Assembly (NCBI GenBank): GCA_045632845.1
Contig: JAZQXL010000023.1
Span: 8,485 to 72,484 of the forward strand
Reading direction: 5' to 3'
Length of the DNA: 64,000 nt
Origin: Alphaproteobacteria bacterium
GTDB lineage: Bacteria; Pseudomonadota; Alphaproteobacteria; CAAHEQ01; UBA3637
The notes under the pieces were generated by a model. The model saw only the letters and a program-made list of their open reading frames with translations, was not told the DNA's origin and ran no database searches. The translations under genes were made by a program, and so were the position numbers. Of the stretch, positions 47,112 to 56,534 are shown piece after piece (position 1 is the first letter of the stretch; each line of letters begins with the position of its first letter).

Positions 47112-48182
47112 TTATGATTTAAGTTTGTGCAATATTTCAACAGCATCATAGTCATCTAAAAAAAGAGTGGCTTGTTTTTTTAGTTCCTCATATTCTAATG
47201 ACAAAATATTCACATCCTGAGGCACTCTTCTTTTTTGATTTAAGACCCTTTTTAATGAATAAAAACGCTCCAAAGATCTATCTGTTAAGGGCATAGCACT
47301 CTTTAAAACTTCTTCCAACCCACTTAATTCACCCATACAATAACAAATTGCATCACAACCAGCACCTAAAGACATTTTAACTTTTTGAGATAACGTACCT
47401 TTTAAGGCATGCATATCAATTGCATCAGAGATCAAAAAACCATTAAATCCCATTCTTTGACGAATAATTTTTGATATAACCTTTTTAGACTGGGTAACTG
47501 GCAAATCATCAACCTCTTTTAACACAATATGTGCCGTCATCATCATCGGCGTGCTTGATGCTAAATATTCAAATGGATAAAAATCTTTTTTTAACTCATC
47601 TAAAGAAAAATCTAATACTGGTAACTCAAGATGAGGATCAACATTTACCCGACCATGTCCAGGCGCATGTTTCACACAAGAAATAATGTTATTTTTCAAA
47701 TAAGTATCAACCATTATCCCAGCCAATTTGGCAACACACTTTTCATCAGATGAAAAACACCTTGATTTTAAAACCAAACCTGTCTGATCAAAAAGAACGT
47801 CGCTACAAGGTGCGTAATTTAAATTAACACCAACTTCTTTCAACTCTTGAGCAATCAAAAGAGATTGTAAATAAGCTGCACGTTCCTGCATTTTTTCATT
47901 TTCAAAAGAACCAATACTTCTTTGAGGCAAATATTCTTTAAAAAAAGGAGGTTTAAAGCGTGCAACACGGCCCCCTTCTTGATCCACTGCAATCAAAACA
48001 TCATCTCGATCAATTGTTTCTTTAATTTGTGCTACCAATGTTTTGACTTGCTCTTTTGTTTCAATGTTTCGTGCAAATAAAGTAACACCCATTGGATTGT
48101 ATTGATTAAGGAGTTTTTTTTCACCATCCGTTAAAGATGTTGATTGAACAGAAACCATTGCACTTAAAATTGGTTTTTGCAC
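47112..48182 (-). CDS. nagZ: beta-N-acetylhexosaminidase (GH3)
   Basis: 356 aa. GH3 motifs AVDQEGGRVARF, KHAPGHG and LISDAIDMHAL. Confidence 0.85.
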   Translation of the reverse strand: MQKPILSAMVSVQSTSLTDGEKKLLNQYNPMGVTLFARNIETKEQVKTLVAQIKETIDRDDVLIAVDQEGGRVARFKPPFFKEYLPQRSIGSFENEKMQERAAYLQSLLIAQELKEVGVNLNYAPCSDVLFDQTGLVLKSRCFSSDEKCVAKLAGIMVDTYLKNNIISCVKHAPGHGRVNVDPHLELPVLDFSLDELKKDFYPFEYLASSTPMMMTAHIVLKEVDDLPVTQSKKVISKIIRQRMGFNGFLISDAIDMHALKGTLSQKVKMSLGAGCDAICYCMGELSGLEEVLKSAMPLTDRSLERFYSLKRVLNQKRRVPQDVNILSLEYEELKKQATLFLDDYDAVEILHKLKS

Positions 48183-48190
48183 GCTTTACC

Positions 48191-49279
48191 TCATCTTTTT
48201 TGCAATATACACATAAAAAACCCATCCGTTCCAGTTCTGTATGGTGAATATCTAAATGATTTCACCACATGAAATGATGGATGTTCTTGAACAAAATGTT
48301 CCACTTGATTTTCATTTTCATCATATGTTAAAGAACAAGTTATATACACAAGAAAATGTCCGTTTTTAACATATTCTTGCGCAACAGATAAAATTTCCGC
48401 CTGTTTTAAGGTAATATTATGAAGTTGTTTTTCTGTTAAAGTCCAACGCAAATCCGGACTTCTGCGCCAAGTACCAGTTCCAGAACAAGGAGCATCTACA
48501 ACAACATAATCAAATTTTTTGTATGCCTCTGGCAATTTAAAAACAGGTTTGATGATGCTTACATTGGCACGCCAAGCTCTTTTTGAAAGTTCACTTAACC
48601 GTTTATAAGAGGCGTCATACGCTTGAATAAACCCTCTGTTTTGCATCATTTGGGCAAAAATTAGGCTTTTCCCCCCTGCTCCTGCACAAAAGTCAAAAAC
48701 ATCATCATTTGGTTTAATCCCCGTTTCAAGCGAAAGTAACTGAGCCCCTTCATCTTGAACCTCAATTAATCCTTTTTTAAATGCTTTTGAATCTTTTAAA
48801 TTTGTATATTCATTTAAAACAATACCAAGGGGTGAGCGCTCACATAAACTCACGTTTAGCCCTTCTTCTTGTAATTGTTTGAAAATTTTGTCACGATTTC
48901 CATTGGCTCTTAATACAATGGGCGCTGTTGAAAGCATTGCTTCCAACTCTTTTTCAGGCTCTGGTATGTGTGATAAAAACCACTCTTGAACTTCCAAACG
49001 TACACCCAAAGGCATATCTTTAGAATCAGGAATACCTTTTTCTTTTAGCATTTGCAGTTTAAATAACCAATCACTATTAGGATAGAGGTACCCTAAACGA
49101 GCTTTTACACGAATTGCACTCCAAATCAAATCCAGCAATAATTTTCTATCTTGCGCCTCAATATATTTGTGTGTTTTTGTATAATTATTCACAATCTCAT
49201 TTGCAGCACTTGCTGAGGTATCAATTTTTTCAAGCAATTCAGCAGCTATTTTATAAATTTCTTCTTCCTTCATTAACAT
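48191..49279 (-). CDS. RsmB/NOL1/NOP2/Sun-family RNA cytosine-C5 methyltransferase
   Basis: 362 aa. SAM motif DFCAGAGGKS and catalytic motifs VVDAPCSGTGTWRR and YITCSL. Confidence 0.8.
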   Translation of the reverse strand: MLMKEEEIYKIAAELLEKIDTSASAANEIVNNYTKTHKYIEAQDRKLLLDLIWSAIRVKARLGYLYPNSDWLFKLQMLKEKGIPDSKDMPLGVRLEVQEWFLSHIPEPEKELEAMLSTAPIVLRANGNRDKIFKQLQEEGLNVSLCERSPLGIVLNEYTNLKDSKAFKKGLIEVQDEGAQLLSLETGIKPNDDVFDFCAGAGGKSLIFAQMMQNRGFIQAYDASYKRLSELSKRAWRANVSIIKPVFKLPEAYKKFDYVVVDAPCSGTGTWRRSPDLRWTLTEKQLHNITLKQAEILSVAQEYVKNGHFLVYITCSLTYDENENQVEHFVQEHPSFHVVKSFRYSPYRTGTDGFFMCILQKR

Positions 49280-49350
49280 ACCCTTTAAAATATAATAGAA
49301 TTATTTTAAAATGAATAAGAAAAAATGTAAAGAAAAAAACACAAACACAA

Positions 49351-49376
49351 AAAAGCCTTCACAAAGAAGGCTTTTT
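49351..49376 (-). terminator. rho-independent terminator after the MFS transporter gene (bidirectional shape)
   Basis: AAAAGCCTTC-ACAAA-GAAGGCTTTTT. The minus strand reads the hairpin followed by TTTTTTG. Confidence 0.65.
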
Positions 49377-49391
49377 CAAGATTATACAAAG

Positions 49392-50612
49392 TTATACATC
49401 TTTACTTTTTAATATCTTCATCAATGGATATAAAGAAATTAAGAAAATCGATAAGTACACAAAAAATGAATTTTGAAGAGAAATATCATCTAACAAAAAC
49501 TTAAACAAGATCAATAAAATACCTGCAATGGATCTTGAAATCATATTATTCACTGAGGCAACCGTTGATCTTTCTTCTGATCCAACATAGGTGTGTAATC
49601 TTGAAATATTTGCCATTGTGAAAGACAGTTGAAAACCAATCACAATACAAATAAATGTTAACAAAACAAAACCCAAAACTGGGGATTGAAAGCGAACAAC
49701 AGCTGCACAGAATAAGAATGAAATCACAAACAAAATAAATGTTACTTTACCCAATGTTTTGAGTGGTAAAAATTCAATCGTTTTTGGCAATAAAATACCT
49801 GCTAATGCCCTGCATCCATGATTAATAGCATAAATAACACCAAACAAAACAACTGGAATTCCCGCCGTTTTCATCAAAGGTTGAAAACTCCAAACAAAAA
49901 CCATCGTTGTCCCAGCCAACATCCCTGAATAGAACATAAAGTACTTAATTTTTTCATTTTTCAAAGCATTCTTTGAAATTGTAAAAAGTTCTTTATATTT
50001 AGCTTTAAGACCTTTAATACGTTTGCGTGCAGAAGGAACCTTTGGTAACAAAAAGAGCAACCCAATAGCTGAAATATTCAAAATAATTTCAATTGTAATT
50101 AGAACTGGAAAGCCATATTTTTTATACAAAATGGGGCCTACAAAGGAAGCGATTGCTGTTCCAATTGACATACAAAAATTCATTTTACCATATCGTTGTA
50201 ACATGCGATTTGTTTTATTTTGACTTTTCAAATAATCATAAATATATCCATCTGCAACACCAGCATAAGATGCTTTTGAGAGTGAATATAAAACTTCCCC
50301 TGCCAAAATAATCCAATAAGCATTTGCTTTAAATGGTTCAAAACCTGCAACTAAAACAGACCATAAAATCAACCGCAATAAAAACATTGAAAACGAGAAA
50401 ATAAGCATATTGCGACGTGGGAAAATATCGCCTAAATAACCCGAAGGAATTTCAAACAAAAGTGCTGTGATTGAAAAAATCCCTTGAAATAAGAAAAAAT
50501 CACCCGCAGACAAACCATTTTCTTGATAGAAAAATAACAAAACTGGCAACATCAAAATTTGCGTTTGCAAAAACGTTGAAAAATTAAATACCCGCAACGG
50601 ATTGGAAAACAT
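49392..50612 (-). CDS. MFS transporter
   Basis: 406 aa, about 12 hydrophobic segments, with an MFS-like loop motif GYLGDIFPRRNM after TM2. Confidence 0.75.
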   Translation of the reverse strand: MFSNPLRVFNFSTFLQTQILMLPVLLFFYQENGLSAGDFFLFQGIFSITALLFEIPSGYLGDIFPRRNMLIFSFSMFLLRLILWSVLVAGFEPFKANAYWIILAGEVLYSLSKASYAGVADGYIYDYLKSQNKTNRMLQRYGKMNFCMSIGTAIASFVGPILYKKYGFPVLITIEIILNISAIGLLFLLPKVPSARKRIKGLKAKYKELFTISKNALKNEKIKYFMFYSGMLAGTTMVFVWSFQPLMKTAGIPVVLFGVIYAINHGCRALAGILLPKTIEFLPLKTLGKVTFILFVISFLFCAAVVRFQSPVLGFVLLTFICIVIGFQLSFTMANISRLHTYVGSEERSTVASVNNMISRSIAGILLILFKFLLDDISLQNSFFVYLSIFLISLYPLMKILKSKDV

Positions 50613-50714
50613 TAGCTTATCTCCCTAAAATTATTTAGTCCCCATAAAAAAATACATATTTTTTTATACTCACTTAAAAGACATAATAAGAGTAATCATT
50701 TACAAAAGTCAACA

Positions 50715-50748
50715 AAAAAAGCCCCCACAAAGAGGGCTTTTTTTTATA
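50715..50748 (-). terminator. rho-independent terminator after the DUF465-like gene
   Basis: AGCCC-CCACAAAGA-GGGCT flanked by A7 and T8. On the minus strand it is followed by TTTTTTTG. Confidence 0.6.
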
Positions 50749-50756
50749 TCCAATCA

Positions 50757-50927
50757 TTATTTGCTTTCGATTGTTTCAATTTCTTGCTTTACAGCTAATT
50801 TTTGTTTTTTATATTCTTGAATTTTCAAGCTGTCTGGTAAAGGACGAGCTTCTTCTTCAGCTAATTTTGCATCTAATTCTGCATGTTTATCTTTTAAAGC
50901 TTTTAAATGTTTTTCAATTTTATCCAT
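50757..50927 (-). CDS. YdcH/DUF465-like small coiled-coil protein
   Basis: 56 aa from MDKIEKHLKALKDKHAELDAKLAEEEARPLPDSLKIQEYKKQKLAVKQEIETIE. AAGGAG lies 6 nt upstream of ATG 50927. The longer track ORF (to 51014) would overlap pfk. Confidence 0.62.
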   Translation of the reverse strand: MDKIEKHLKALKDKHAELDAKLAEEEARPLPDSLKIQEYKKQKLAVKQEIETIESK

Positions 50928-50997
50928 TATAAACTCCTTTGTTACATATATTAGTATAATGCCTTTTAAAAAGAAAAGCAAGTATCGTGAAGAATAT

Positions 50998-52092
50998 TTA
51001 TGCTTCTTCCCCAATATAAACGCCTAATGAACGAGCTGTTTTGACCAATGAACCTTCTGGATCAACAGGTGTATTAGCAATTTTTAACACAGCATTTAAG
51101 TCCATATCTGTCACTTCACCATCTTGATAGGCAACAACACGGTTATTTTCACCTTTTGCAATCAAATCAATGGCACGAACTGCAAATCTAGCTGCCAATA
51201 AACGATCCCCTGGAACAGGAACACCAGCTCTTTGAATGTGACCTAAAACGTTTGCACGAACATTAAAACCATCTGCTTGTAAGTGTTCAACAAAATATTG
51301 TGAAACACCTTGGAATGTTTTTCCATTTGCAGCAAAAATGTGCTTACCTTCTGGCGTTTTAACACCTTCAGCAATCACAACCAAACCAAAACGTTTACCT
51401 GCTTTTTGAATTTCTTTTAATTTATTAACAACACCTTCATATGTGTATTTGACTTCTGGAATCAAAATAACATCAGCAAAACCTGCAACACCAGCTTCTA
51501 AAGCCAAATGTCCAGCACCACGGCCCATAACTTCAGCAATCATAATACGGTTGTGTGAAGTAGCAGTTGTTGTTAAATTATCCAAAGCATTTGTTACAAC
51601 CCCAATAGCTGTTGAAAAACCAATAGCCATGTCTGTACCTGGAGCATCATTGTCAATTGTTTTTGGAATACCAATCATTGAAATACCTGCCATTTTGCAG
51701 TATTTGCTAACAATTGCCATTGAACCATCGCCACCAACGACAACTAAAGCTGAAATACCAAGCTCTTTAACACCCTCTTTGAAACGTTCATTCAACTCAT
51801 CATCTGTCAATTCTTCAGTTGATCCATCAGCTTTCTTTTGAATATGTGGATTACCTGTGTTATTTGTACCAAGCATCGTACCGCCCAAAGCAGCATATGG
51901 GAAATCAAAATCAGCAACTTTTAAATCTCTATAACGCATTGGACGAGAAAACAATCCATCAGTTGCATCAAAAATACCAACAACTTCCCAGCCTTTTTGA
52001 TTAGCCGCAAACACAACGTCACGAATAACACTATTCAAGCCAGAGCAGTCACCACCACTTGTTAAAATACCAATTTTTTTTACGTCTGTCAT
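50998..52092 (-). CDS. pfkA: 6-phosphofructokinase, PfkA family (phosphoryl donor not assignable from sequence)
   Basis: 364 aa. Motifs GILTSGGDCSGLN, VVGGDGS, IPKTIDND and EVMGRGAGHLA. Confidence 0.88.
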   Translation of the reverse strand: MTDVKKIGILTSGGDCSGLNSVIRDVVFAANQKGWEVVGIFDATDGLFSRPMRYRDLKVADFDFPYAALGGTMLGTNNTGNPHIQKKADGSTEELTDDELNERFKEGVKELGISALVVVGGDGSMAIVSKYCKMAGISMIGIPKTIDNDAPGTDMAIGFSTAIGVVTNALDNLTTTATSHNRIMIAEVMGRGAGHLALEAGVAGFADVILIPEVKYTYEGVVNKLKEIQKAGKRFGLVVIAEGVKTPEGKHIFAANGKTFQGVSQYFVEHLQADGFNVRANVLGHIQRAGVPVPGDRLLAARFAVRAIDLIAKGENNRVVAYQDGEVTDMDLNAVLKIANTPVDPEGSLVKTARSLGVYIGEEA

Positions 52093-52113
52093 AAAATACC
52101 TCTCTATAATAAT

Positions 52114-52848
52114 CTATAATGAAAAGTTTTTGCCTAAATATGTTCTACGGACATTTTCATCTGCAATAATTTCTTCAGGCGTTCCTTGTTTCAAAACAAC
52201 CCCATCATGCAAAATATAGGCTCTATCAATGATACTTAATGTTTCCCGTACGTTGTGATCCGTAATCAAAACACCAAGACCTCGGTTTTTGAGCTGGCCA
52301 ACCAACTCTTTAATCTCACCAACCGCAATAGGATCAATCCCCGCCAACGGTTCGTCTAACAAAATATAAGATGGCTTTGAAGCCAAAGCACGTGCAATTT
52401 CTAACCGTCTTCTCTCACCACCAGAAAGCGCTCTTGATGGTGAAAATCTCAAATGTTCAATTGAAAACTCTTTTAAAAGTGAATCAAGTTCTTGTTCCCT
52501 TTTTTCTTCATTTTTTTCAACAACTTCTAACACAGCACGAATGTTATCTTCAACATTCAACCCTCTGAAAATAGAAGCTTCTTGAGGCAAATAACCAATT
52601 CCTAGTCTTGCACGTCTATATACTGGAAATGATGTAATATCAATCCCATTAAGTGTGATTTTTCCAGAATTTGGAGCAATCAAACCAGTCACACAGTAAA
52701 AAGAAGTTGTCTTCCCTGCCCCATTTGGCCCCAAAAGACCAACAGCTTCCCCTTGTTGAACAGACAAGGAAACATCTTTTAAAACAGTCCTTTTTTTATA
52801 ATTTTTGCTCAAATTTGAAATAACAAGTCCGCGTTGCGGTACAATCAT
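52114..52848 (-). CDS. lptB: LPS export ABC transporter ATP-binding protein
   Basis: 244 aa. Walker A GPNGAGKTT, signature LSGGERRR and Walker B ILLDEP. It lies downstream of the LptC/A-like gene with a 4-nt overlap. Confidence 0.9.
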   Translation of the reverse strand: MIVPQRGLVISNLSKNYKKRTVLKDVSLSVQQGEAVGLLGPNGAGKTTSFYCVTGLIAPNSGKITLNGIDITSFPVYRRARLGIGYLPQEASIFRGLNVEDNIRAVLEVVEKNEEKREQELDSLLKEFSIEHLRFSPSRALSGGERRRLEIARALASKPSYILLDEPLAGIDPIAVGEIKELVGQLKNRGLGVLITDHNVRETLSIIDRAYILHDGVVLKQGTPEEIIADENVRRTYLGKNFSL

Positions 52849-54218
52849 TTATCCTCACTTTCATTTTCAAAATCAGCTGGAATTAAACTCCCTGATATGC
52901 GATTTTGTGTTTTTTGCTCATAAGATTTTAATGAACTGATACCCGTCTTTAAATTCATACTTGCCCATTTACCATTTAGCACACTATTTCCCTGATGTAA
53001 AGAAACATTATCATAAAGATCAACCATTTCTGTTTTTGGGTCATAAATACCATAGTCACTGTGAATACGTTGAACACCATTTGATGCTTTTACATTCCCA
53101 ACAGCAATGATTTTTTCAATTTCTTGATCTTTTTTAACTGTTTCCTTATAAAAAACAAACATCTTATCAGCTAAAATAAGTTGTTTATTTTCTTTCACCA
53201 AGGCATCTTTGTTTAAATAAACAAGTTGATTGACTTGTTCCGGCAATTTAACAAACTGATATTTTTTCAAAGGGTTAACCATTTCTAAAATATCAGCTTT
53301 TTCTTTAAACAAGATCATTTCTTCAGCTTGAACTGTTTTATTTTGTTCAAACGCTTGAGCTTTTTTATACGCTCTGACTTTTGTAAGAACCGTTTTATTA
53401 TAAGCATCTTTCTTATGTGTTAAAGTGATTTCTTCAGCACGAATATGATCGCTTTTTTGATAAATGTTAGCATTTTGAACAGCTGTAATTGTGTTCAATG
53501 CTTGATCAACAATAAGACCATTCTCACTTGTAATTAAAATATTATTTTTATTCTTTTTAAAATAGGCATCCTGATCTTTAAAGTCTAACTTTGCAACCGC
53601 TGCAATTGATTTTTCTTTTTCAAACAAAAGTGTTTTTGTTTTCCCTTTAAAATCAATTTTTTCACCTTTATTTGTTACAAAAAAACCTTTTGCTTGCAAC
53701 ATGCCTGCAACACCTTTAATAAAAACATCATTATCACTTGAAATTGTGTTTTTGTCATAATCATAAACAACTTTTGTTGAAATAGCATCATATCCAGTAT
53801 CTGTTGAAGTAGTGATCTCATCTTCAAAATAAAGATATTTTTCATTTTGAAAGGCCAAAGCATATGGACTGATGGATGTCAACTTCATCCCATCAGAGGT
53901 TTGATAAACAGCCTTTGGATTGTTCAATTTTAAAATCTTTTTAGCAGCGTCTATTTCTTGAACTGTTTCAGCCACAACACTTAACGGATTGTTGCGTTTG
54001 TCTTTTGAAAAGAATTGTACTCCTTCCATATCAACACCACCGCCTTGTTTGACATTCAAAGACGGAACTGCTACAGAAAATTTTTCTTTTTCTTCAACAA
54101 AAGCAGGCCAAACAAGCATTGTTGATGCCAATAAAAATGCAAAAATTGGTAAACACCGTTTAAACATAAAAACACGGCGTGAATGAATTTTGATTTTTAA
54201 CAGGCGAAGTGTGAACAT
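52845..54218 (-). CDS. OstA/LptA-family protein, apparent LptC-LptA fusion
   Basis: 457 aa. N-terminal anchor CLPIFAFLLASTMLVWPAFV. The first half is LptC-like (between kdsD and lptB). The second half is LptA-like (ADKMFVFYKE...IIAVGNVKASNGVQRIHSDYGIYDPKTEMVDLYDNVSLHQGNSVLNG). RBS AAAGGAA lies before ATG 54218. Confidence 0.55.
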   Translation of the reverse strand: MFTLRLLKIKIHSRRVFMFKRCLPIFAFLLASTMLVWPAFVEEKEKFSVAVPSLNVKQGGGVDMEGVQFFSKDKRNNPLSVVAETVQEIDAAKKILKLNNPKAVYQTSDGMKLTSISPYALAFQNEKYLYFEDEITTSTDTGYDAISTKVVYDYDKNTISSDNDVFIKGVAGMLQAKGFFVTNKGEKIDFKGKTKTLLFEKEKSIAAVAKLDFKDQDAYFKKNKNNILITSENGLIVDQALNTITAVQNANIYQKSDHIRAEEITLTHKKDAYNKTVLTKVRAYKKAQAFEQNKTVQAEEMILFKEKADILEMVNPLKKYQFVKLPEQVNQLVYLNKDALVKENKQLILADKMFVFYKETVKKDQEIEKIIAVGNVKASNGVQRIHSDYGIYDPKTEMVDLYDNVSLHQGNSVLNGKWASMNLKTGISSLKSYEQKTQNRISGSLIPADFENESEDK

Positions 54219-54230
54219 AAAAATTCCTTT

Positions 54231-55202
54231 CTAAGCAACACCAACTTGTAATAACAAATGCATGGTCAAAAGACCCATCGGTTTCATTTCTCCATCAACA
54301 ACAAAAAGATTTGTAATTTTCTTTTCATTCATCAAACGAAGAACTTCAACACAAAGCATATCACCCACAACAGTCTTTGGATTTTTGGTCATAATATCAA
54401 ATGCTGTTTTGTTGATTAAATCATTTCCCATATGACGACGCAAGTCACCATCCGTAATCATCCCAATCAACTCACCAGCATCATTCAAAACCCCTAAGCA
54501 ACCCCAGCTTTTTGCCGTCATAACAACCAAAGCTTCAGACATTGGCGTTTCAGATGAAACCAAAGGCATTTCATCCCCTTTAACCATAACATCTCGCCCA
54601 CGCAAAAGGACATTACCCAACTTGCCACCTGGGTGCCTATCACGAAATTCTTCAGCTGAAAAACCTTTTTGTTCAATCAACGCAACAGCCAAAGCATCCC
54701 CAACAGCCAACGTTGTTGTTGTTGATGTTGTTGGAGCCAAACCAAGAGGACAAGCTTCTGGTGCCGTCTTTTTATCAGGAATCAAAAGCGTCAAATCAGC
54801 TGCTTTTGCCATAGAACTTTCCATCACACTTGTAATGGCAATCATTGGAATTCCAAAACGTCTTGAATATGAAATAATATCAGCCATTTCTTTGCTTTCA
54901 CCTGAATTTGAAATTGCCAATAATAGGTCATCTTTTGTCATCATCCCCAAATCACCATGACTTGCTTCCCCTGGATGCACAAAAAAAGCAGGTGTCCCTG
55001 TTGATGCCAATGTTGCAGCAATCTTTTGACCAATGTGGCCACTTTTTCCCATACCTGAAACAATGATACGACCTTTAATTTGCATCATTTTTTCAACAGC
55101 TTGCACAAAAGCATCTGAAAAATTTTGTTTTAAAACTTGCAATCCATAAATTTCTTTATCAATAACCGTACAAGCACTTTTAATCAACGCTTCTCTATCC
55201 AT
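54231..55202 (-). CDS. kdsD: arabinose-5-phosphate isomerase (SIS + tandem CBS)
   Basis: SIS motif VSGMGKSGHIGQKIAATLASTGTPAFFVHP, plus GGKLG and two CBS domains. Preferred start MDREALI (ATG 55202), preceded by GGGGGAG. Confidence 0.86.
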   Translation of the reverse strand: MDREALIKSACTVIDKEIYGLQVLKQNFSDAFVQAVEKMMQIKGRIIVSGMGKSGHIGQKIAATLASTGTPAFFVHPGEASHGDLGMMTKDDLLLAISNSGESKEMADIISYSRRFGIPMIAITSVMESSMAKAADLTLLIPDKKTAPEACPLGLAPTTSTTTTLAVGDALAVALIEQKGFSAEEFRDRHPGGKLGNVLLRGRDVMVKGDEMPLVSSETPMSEALVVMTAKSWGCLGVLNDAGELIGMITDGDLRRHMGNDLINKTAFDIMTKNPKTVVGDMLCVEVLRLMNEKKITNLFVVDGEMKPMGLLTMHLLLQVGVA

Positions 55203-55212
55203 TTTCTCCCCC

Positions 55213-55824
55213 TTAATGAGCAAAAATATCTGGTTCAGCAAAGGAACTTAAATCCAACTTAGCCCTTGTTGTCATAAAAGAAAAACAGTCTTGAGCTAAA
55301 TCATATCGCCCTTCTCTTTTAAGCAAAACATCCAATTTTTCTTTCAACTGATGCAAATATAAAACATCACTGGCAGCATATTGTTGTTGCGCTTGAGAAA
55401 GCTCATCAACACCCCAATCAGACGTTTGTTGTTCTTTTTCAAGTGCAACACCTAATAAATCCAAACAAAGAGACTTTAAACTATGAGATGGTGTAGAAGT
55501 TCTTGCTAATTTTGAAGCTATTTTTGTACAATAAATAGGGGCAACTTCAACCCCTAAGTCATTCAAAATCTTTGCAACATCAAATCTTGCAAAGTGAAAA
55601 ATCTTCAAAATCTTTTTATCTGTTAAAACTTTTTTTAAATTAGGGCAATCAACCCCTTTTAAAATCTGCACTAAATAGGCATTTCCCTTCCCATCTGAAA
55701 GCTGAACCAAACAAAGGCGATCTCTCAAAAGATTCAACCCCATTGTTTCAGTATCGATTGCCACTTCTTTTTTAAAAGAGACAAAATCAGGTAAATCACC
55801 TTTAAAAACCAATATTTGCGCCAT
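55213..55824 (-). CDS. RNase D-like 3'-5' exonuclease (DEDDy)
   Basis: About 203 aa. Exo motifs AIDTETMGL, HFARFD and YAASDVLYL. Preferred start MAQILVF, preceded by GAGGTG. Confidence 0.75.
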   Translation of the reverse strand: MAQILVFKGDLPDFVSFKKEVAIDTETMGLNLLRDRLCLVQLSDGKGNAYLVQILKGVDCPNLKKVLTDKKILKIFHFARFDVAKILNDLGVEVAPIYCTKIASKLARTSTPSHSLKSLCLDLLGVALEKEQQTSDWGVDELSQAQQQYAASDVLYLHQLKEKLDVLLKREGRYDLAQDCFSFMTTRAKLDLSSFAEPDIFAH

Positions 55825-55964
55825 AAGACACCTCATAATTATGATAAATATTTATTCTTTATATACTATCAAAAAATGAAAATCAACAAAAATTTTCATT
55901 CATTTTTCACTTGCATTTTTTATATAGATATGTAAGTATAAACCAAAATTTGGGGGAAACAAAT

Positions 55965-56534
55965 ATGATAAAAAGCTATTTTTTTGTTCTTTTTATTTTT
56001 TTTCATGCATTTTTAACAAATGCGCAAACAACTTTTCCCTCTTTTGAAGATAGAGTTCATATTTTAAAAACCCCATTTGAACCGGACTTATGCCTTGATG
56101 GATATGCAGGATCTTGGACAGGGGCTTGCATTTGCACACAAAAGCAAGAAAAGCCGAACAGATACTGCCTTTCTTCTTCCAACAAAATTGAAATTCTGCC
56201 TTATATAAAAGTGAATGATAAAACAATCACCCTTTCGGGCGGAATAACAAACTGGGAAGAAGCAAAACTTTTTTGCACACAAATCGGTGATGGGTTTAAA
56301 TTAGCCTCTCGAGCTGATTTTAATTGCAAACAAACAGGCCTTGGCTGCCTTGACAATGAATTGTTCCTCCCAATTAAAGAAAAATATGGCAACAGAGGCT
56401 TTTTTTGGCTAGAAGAAACTGAAGATCGTAAAAAAGCCTATTACGCTGATTTAAATGATGGAACGATATATAACACTTCAAAATCAAATTCAACAACCAT
56501 GCAAGCATTATGCATTAAAGAGGATAAAAAATGA
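55965..56534 (+). CDS. secreted Cys-rich protein with C-type-lectin-like / DUF1566-like C-terminal half
   Basis: 189 aa from MIKSYFFVLFIFFHAFLTNAQT (signal peptide; RBS GGGGGA). 9 Cys. The segment ITNWEEAKLFCTQIGDGFKLASRADF ... FFWLEE ... ALCIKE resembles the WxEAxxxC...LAS lectin-like pattern. ATGA overlap with the next gene. Confidence 0.4.
   Translation: MIKSYFFVLFIFFHAFLTNAQTTFPSFEDRVHILKTPFEPDLCLDGYAGSWTGACICTQKQEKPNRYCLSSSNKIEILPYIKVNDKTITLSGGITNWEEAKLFCTQIGDGFKLASRADFNCKQTGLGCLDNELFLPIKEKYGNRGFFWLEETEDRKKAYYADLNDGTIYNTSKSNSTTMQALCIKEDKK

Noticed and set aside
49351-50748. Two similar hairpins flank the MFS transporter gene: AAAAGCCTTCACAAAGAAGGCTTTTT (49351-49376) and AAAGCCCCCACAAAGAGGGCTTTT (50715-50748). 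They share the CACAAAGA loop and the same orientation.
   Set aside because: Both sit exactly where ordinary rho-independent terminators are expected, after the MFS gene and after the DUF465 gene. The shared part is only about 8 nt of A-rich loop plus generic GC stems. I saw no further copies in the window, so a repeat-element or mobile-cassette interpretation is not supported.
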